A stretch of 64,000 bases of DNA. It comes from Podarcis gaigeae. Lineage: Eukaryota. The stretch is taken from NCBI GenBank assembly GCA_964106915.2, contig OZ066914.1; one strand, written 5' to 3'. Position numbers and translations under genes: made by a program. Positions 63,203-64,000 of this stretch are shown here, one piece after another; position 1 is the stretch's first letter, and the number at the start of each line of letters is the position of its first letter. The notes below the pieces were generated by a model. It ran no database searches. It was not told the origin of the DNA and saw nothing but the letters and a program-made list of their open reading frames with translations.

Positions 63203-64000
63203 GGGAAGGTAGCCCGTCTAGGAGAAGAAAAACTCTGGTCCTAAGCCTCCGCTGCCTTGCAAGATATTTTCAGGAAAAGAAAAGGCTAAGGAGTAAACCC
63301 TACACAAATCTGGAGTGGAGTCCCTAAGACAGTTGGATGGCTCCTTGTATGCCTCCTCCTGGCAACTCCTGCAGCTAAGCTGTTGCCAAATGTATTGCTC
63401 CGCTTTCATTCGCAAGCTGAGAGGAGGGTCTTGTCATCTGGGCAGCCCAGGACCTCCATACACACTGCCAGGCTTGCATCCCGGGGAGGTCACTTTGGTG
63501 CTGCAAATGCAGCAGTTCAGCTTCACCCACAGAGGTCCACTTCATTGTCTCTCGAGACAGATGGATGCCAACAACATATCCCATCAACCCCAGACTGCAA
63601 GGCTAATAGTCAAGGAAGATGGGTACTGTAGTCCAACAATACCTGGAGGGCCAAAGGTTCACCCTCCCTTGGTGTAGACAACACTTCAACTTTGATGGAC
63701 CAAGGGTTTGAGACAGACAAAATGAAATCTTCACACAGCACATAGCAACACTCTGGATTTCACTCCTACAAAATGTATAGATTGGAGACAAAACTAAATG
63801 GTACCCAGGAATCTTGGCTACAGTCACTGAAATTGTCAGTGTTATTTTAAAAAGCCTACGTACAATGGAAAGGATTGTGTATAGATGGAACAGATTAATG
63901 CATAAAATATAGAGAGGTTATTTAATGGTTTGAAGGATTTGAATGTGCATGCATTCTGTAAACTACTTTATTCTGAAGTGGTGTACAATAGGGTCAAACA

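Larger units (their letters stand above)
62636..63575 (+). mobile_element. non-autonomous retroposon (RTE-like 5' region, tentative), interrupted by the L1-like insertion
   Basis: Reads continuously once 62739-63220 is removed (gggaaggtagcccgtctaggagaagaaaaactctg...); ends in caacaac; splits a MITE. Confidence 0.45.

Overview
Vertebrate genomic DNA from a squamate reptile, probably a lacertid-type lizard judging by its Sauria SINEs and hAT/mariner MITEs. The window covers the conserved GTF2H1-LDHA-TSG101 block: the last 10 coding exons of GTF2H1 (+), complete LDHA (+, 332 aa, CpG-island promoter with paired HREs and a CRE) and complete TSG101 (-, 393 aa, 10 exons). LDHA and TSG101 lie tail-to-tail with no LDHC or LDHAL6A between them. 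The main unexplained feature is in the 10.3 kb intron 7 of TSG101: an intact, same-strand SGNH/GDSL-hydrolase ORF (47338-47915) resembling the hydrolase of Ngaro-type tyrosine-recombinase retrotransposons. It follows a branch point, pyrimidine tract and NAGNAG acceptor in exactly the phase of the TSG101 exon 7 donor. Splicing would give a ~408 aa UEV-proline-rich-SGNH fusion lacking the ESCRT-I coiled-coil and steadiness box, with the catalytic His replaced by Leu. Gene identities come from recalled homology plus manual splice-phase checks; no database search was run.
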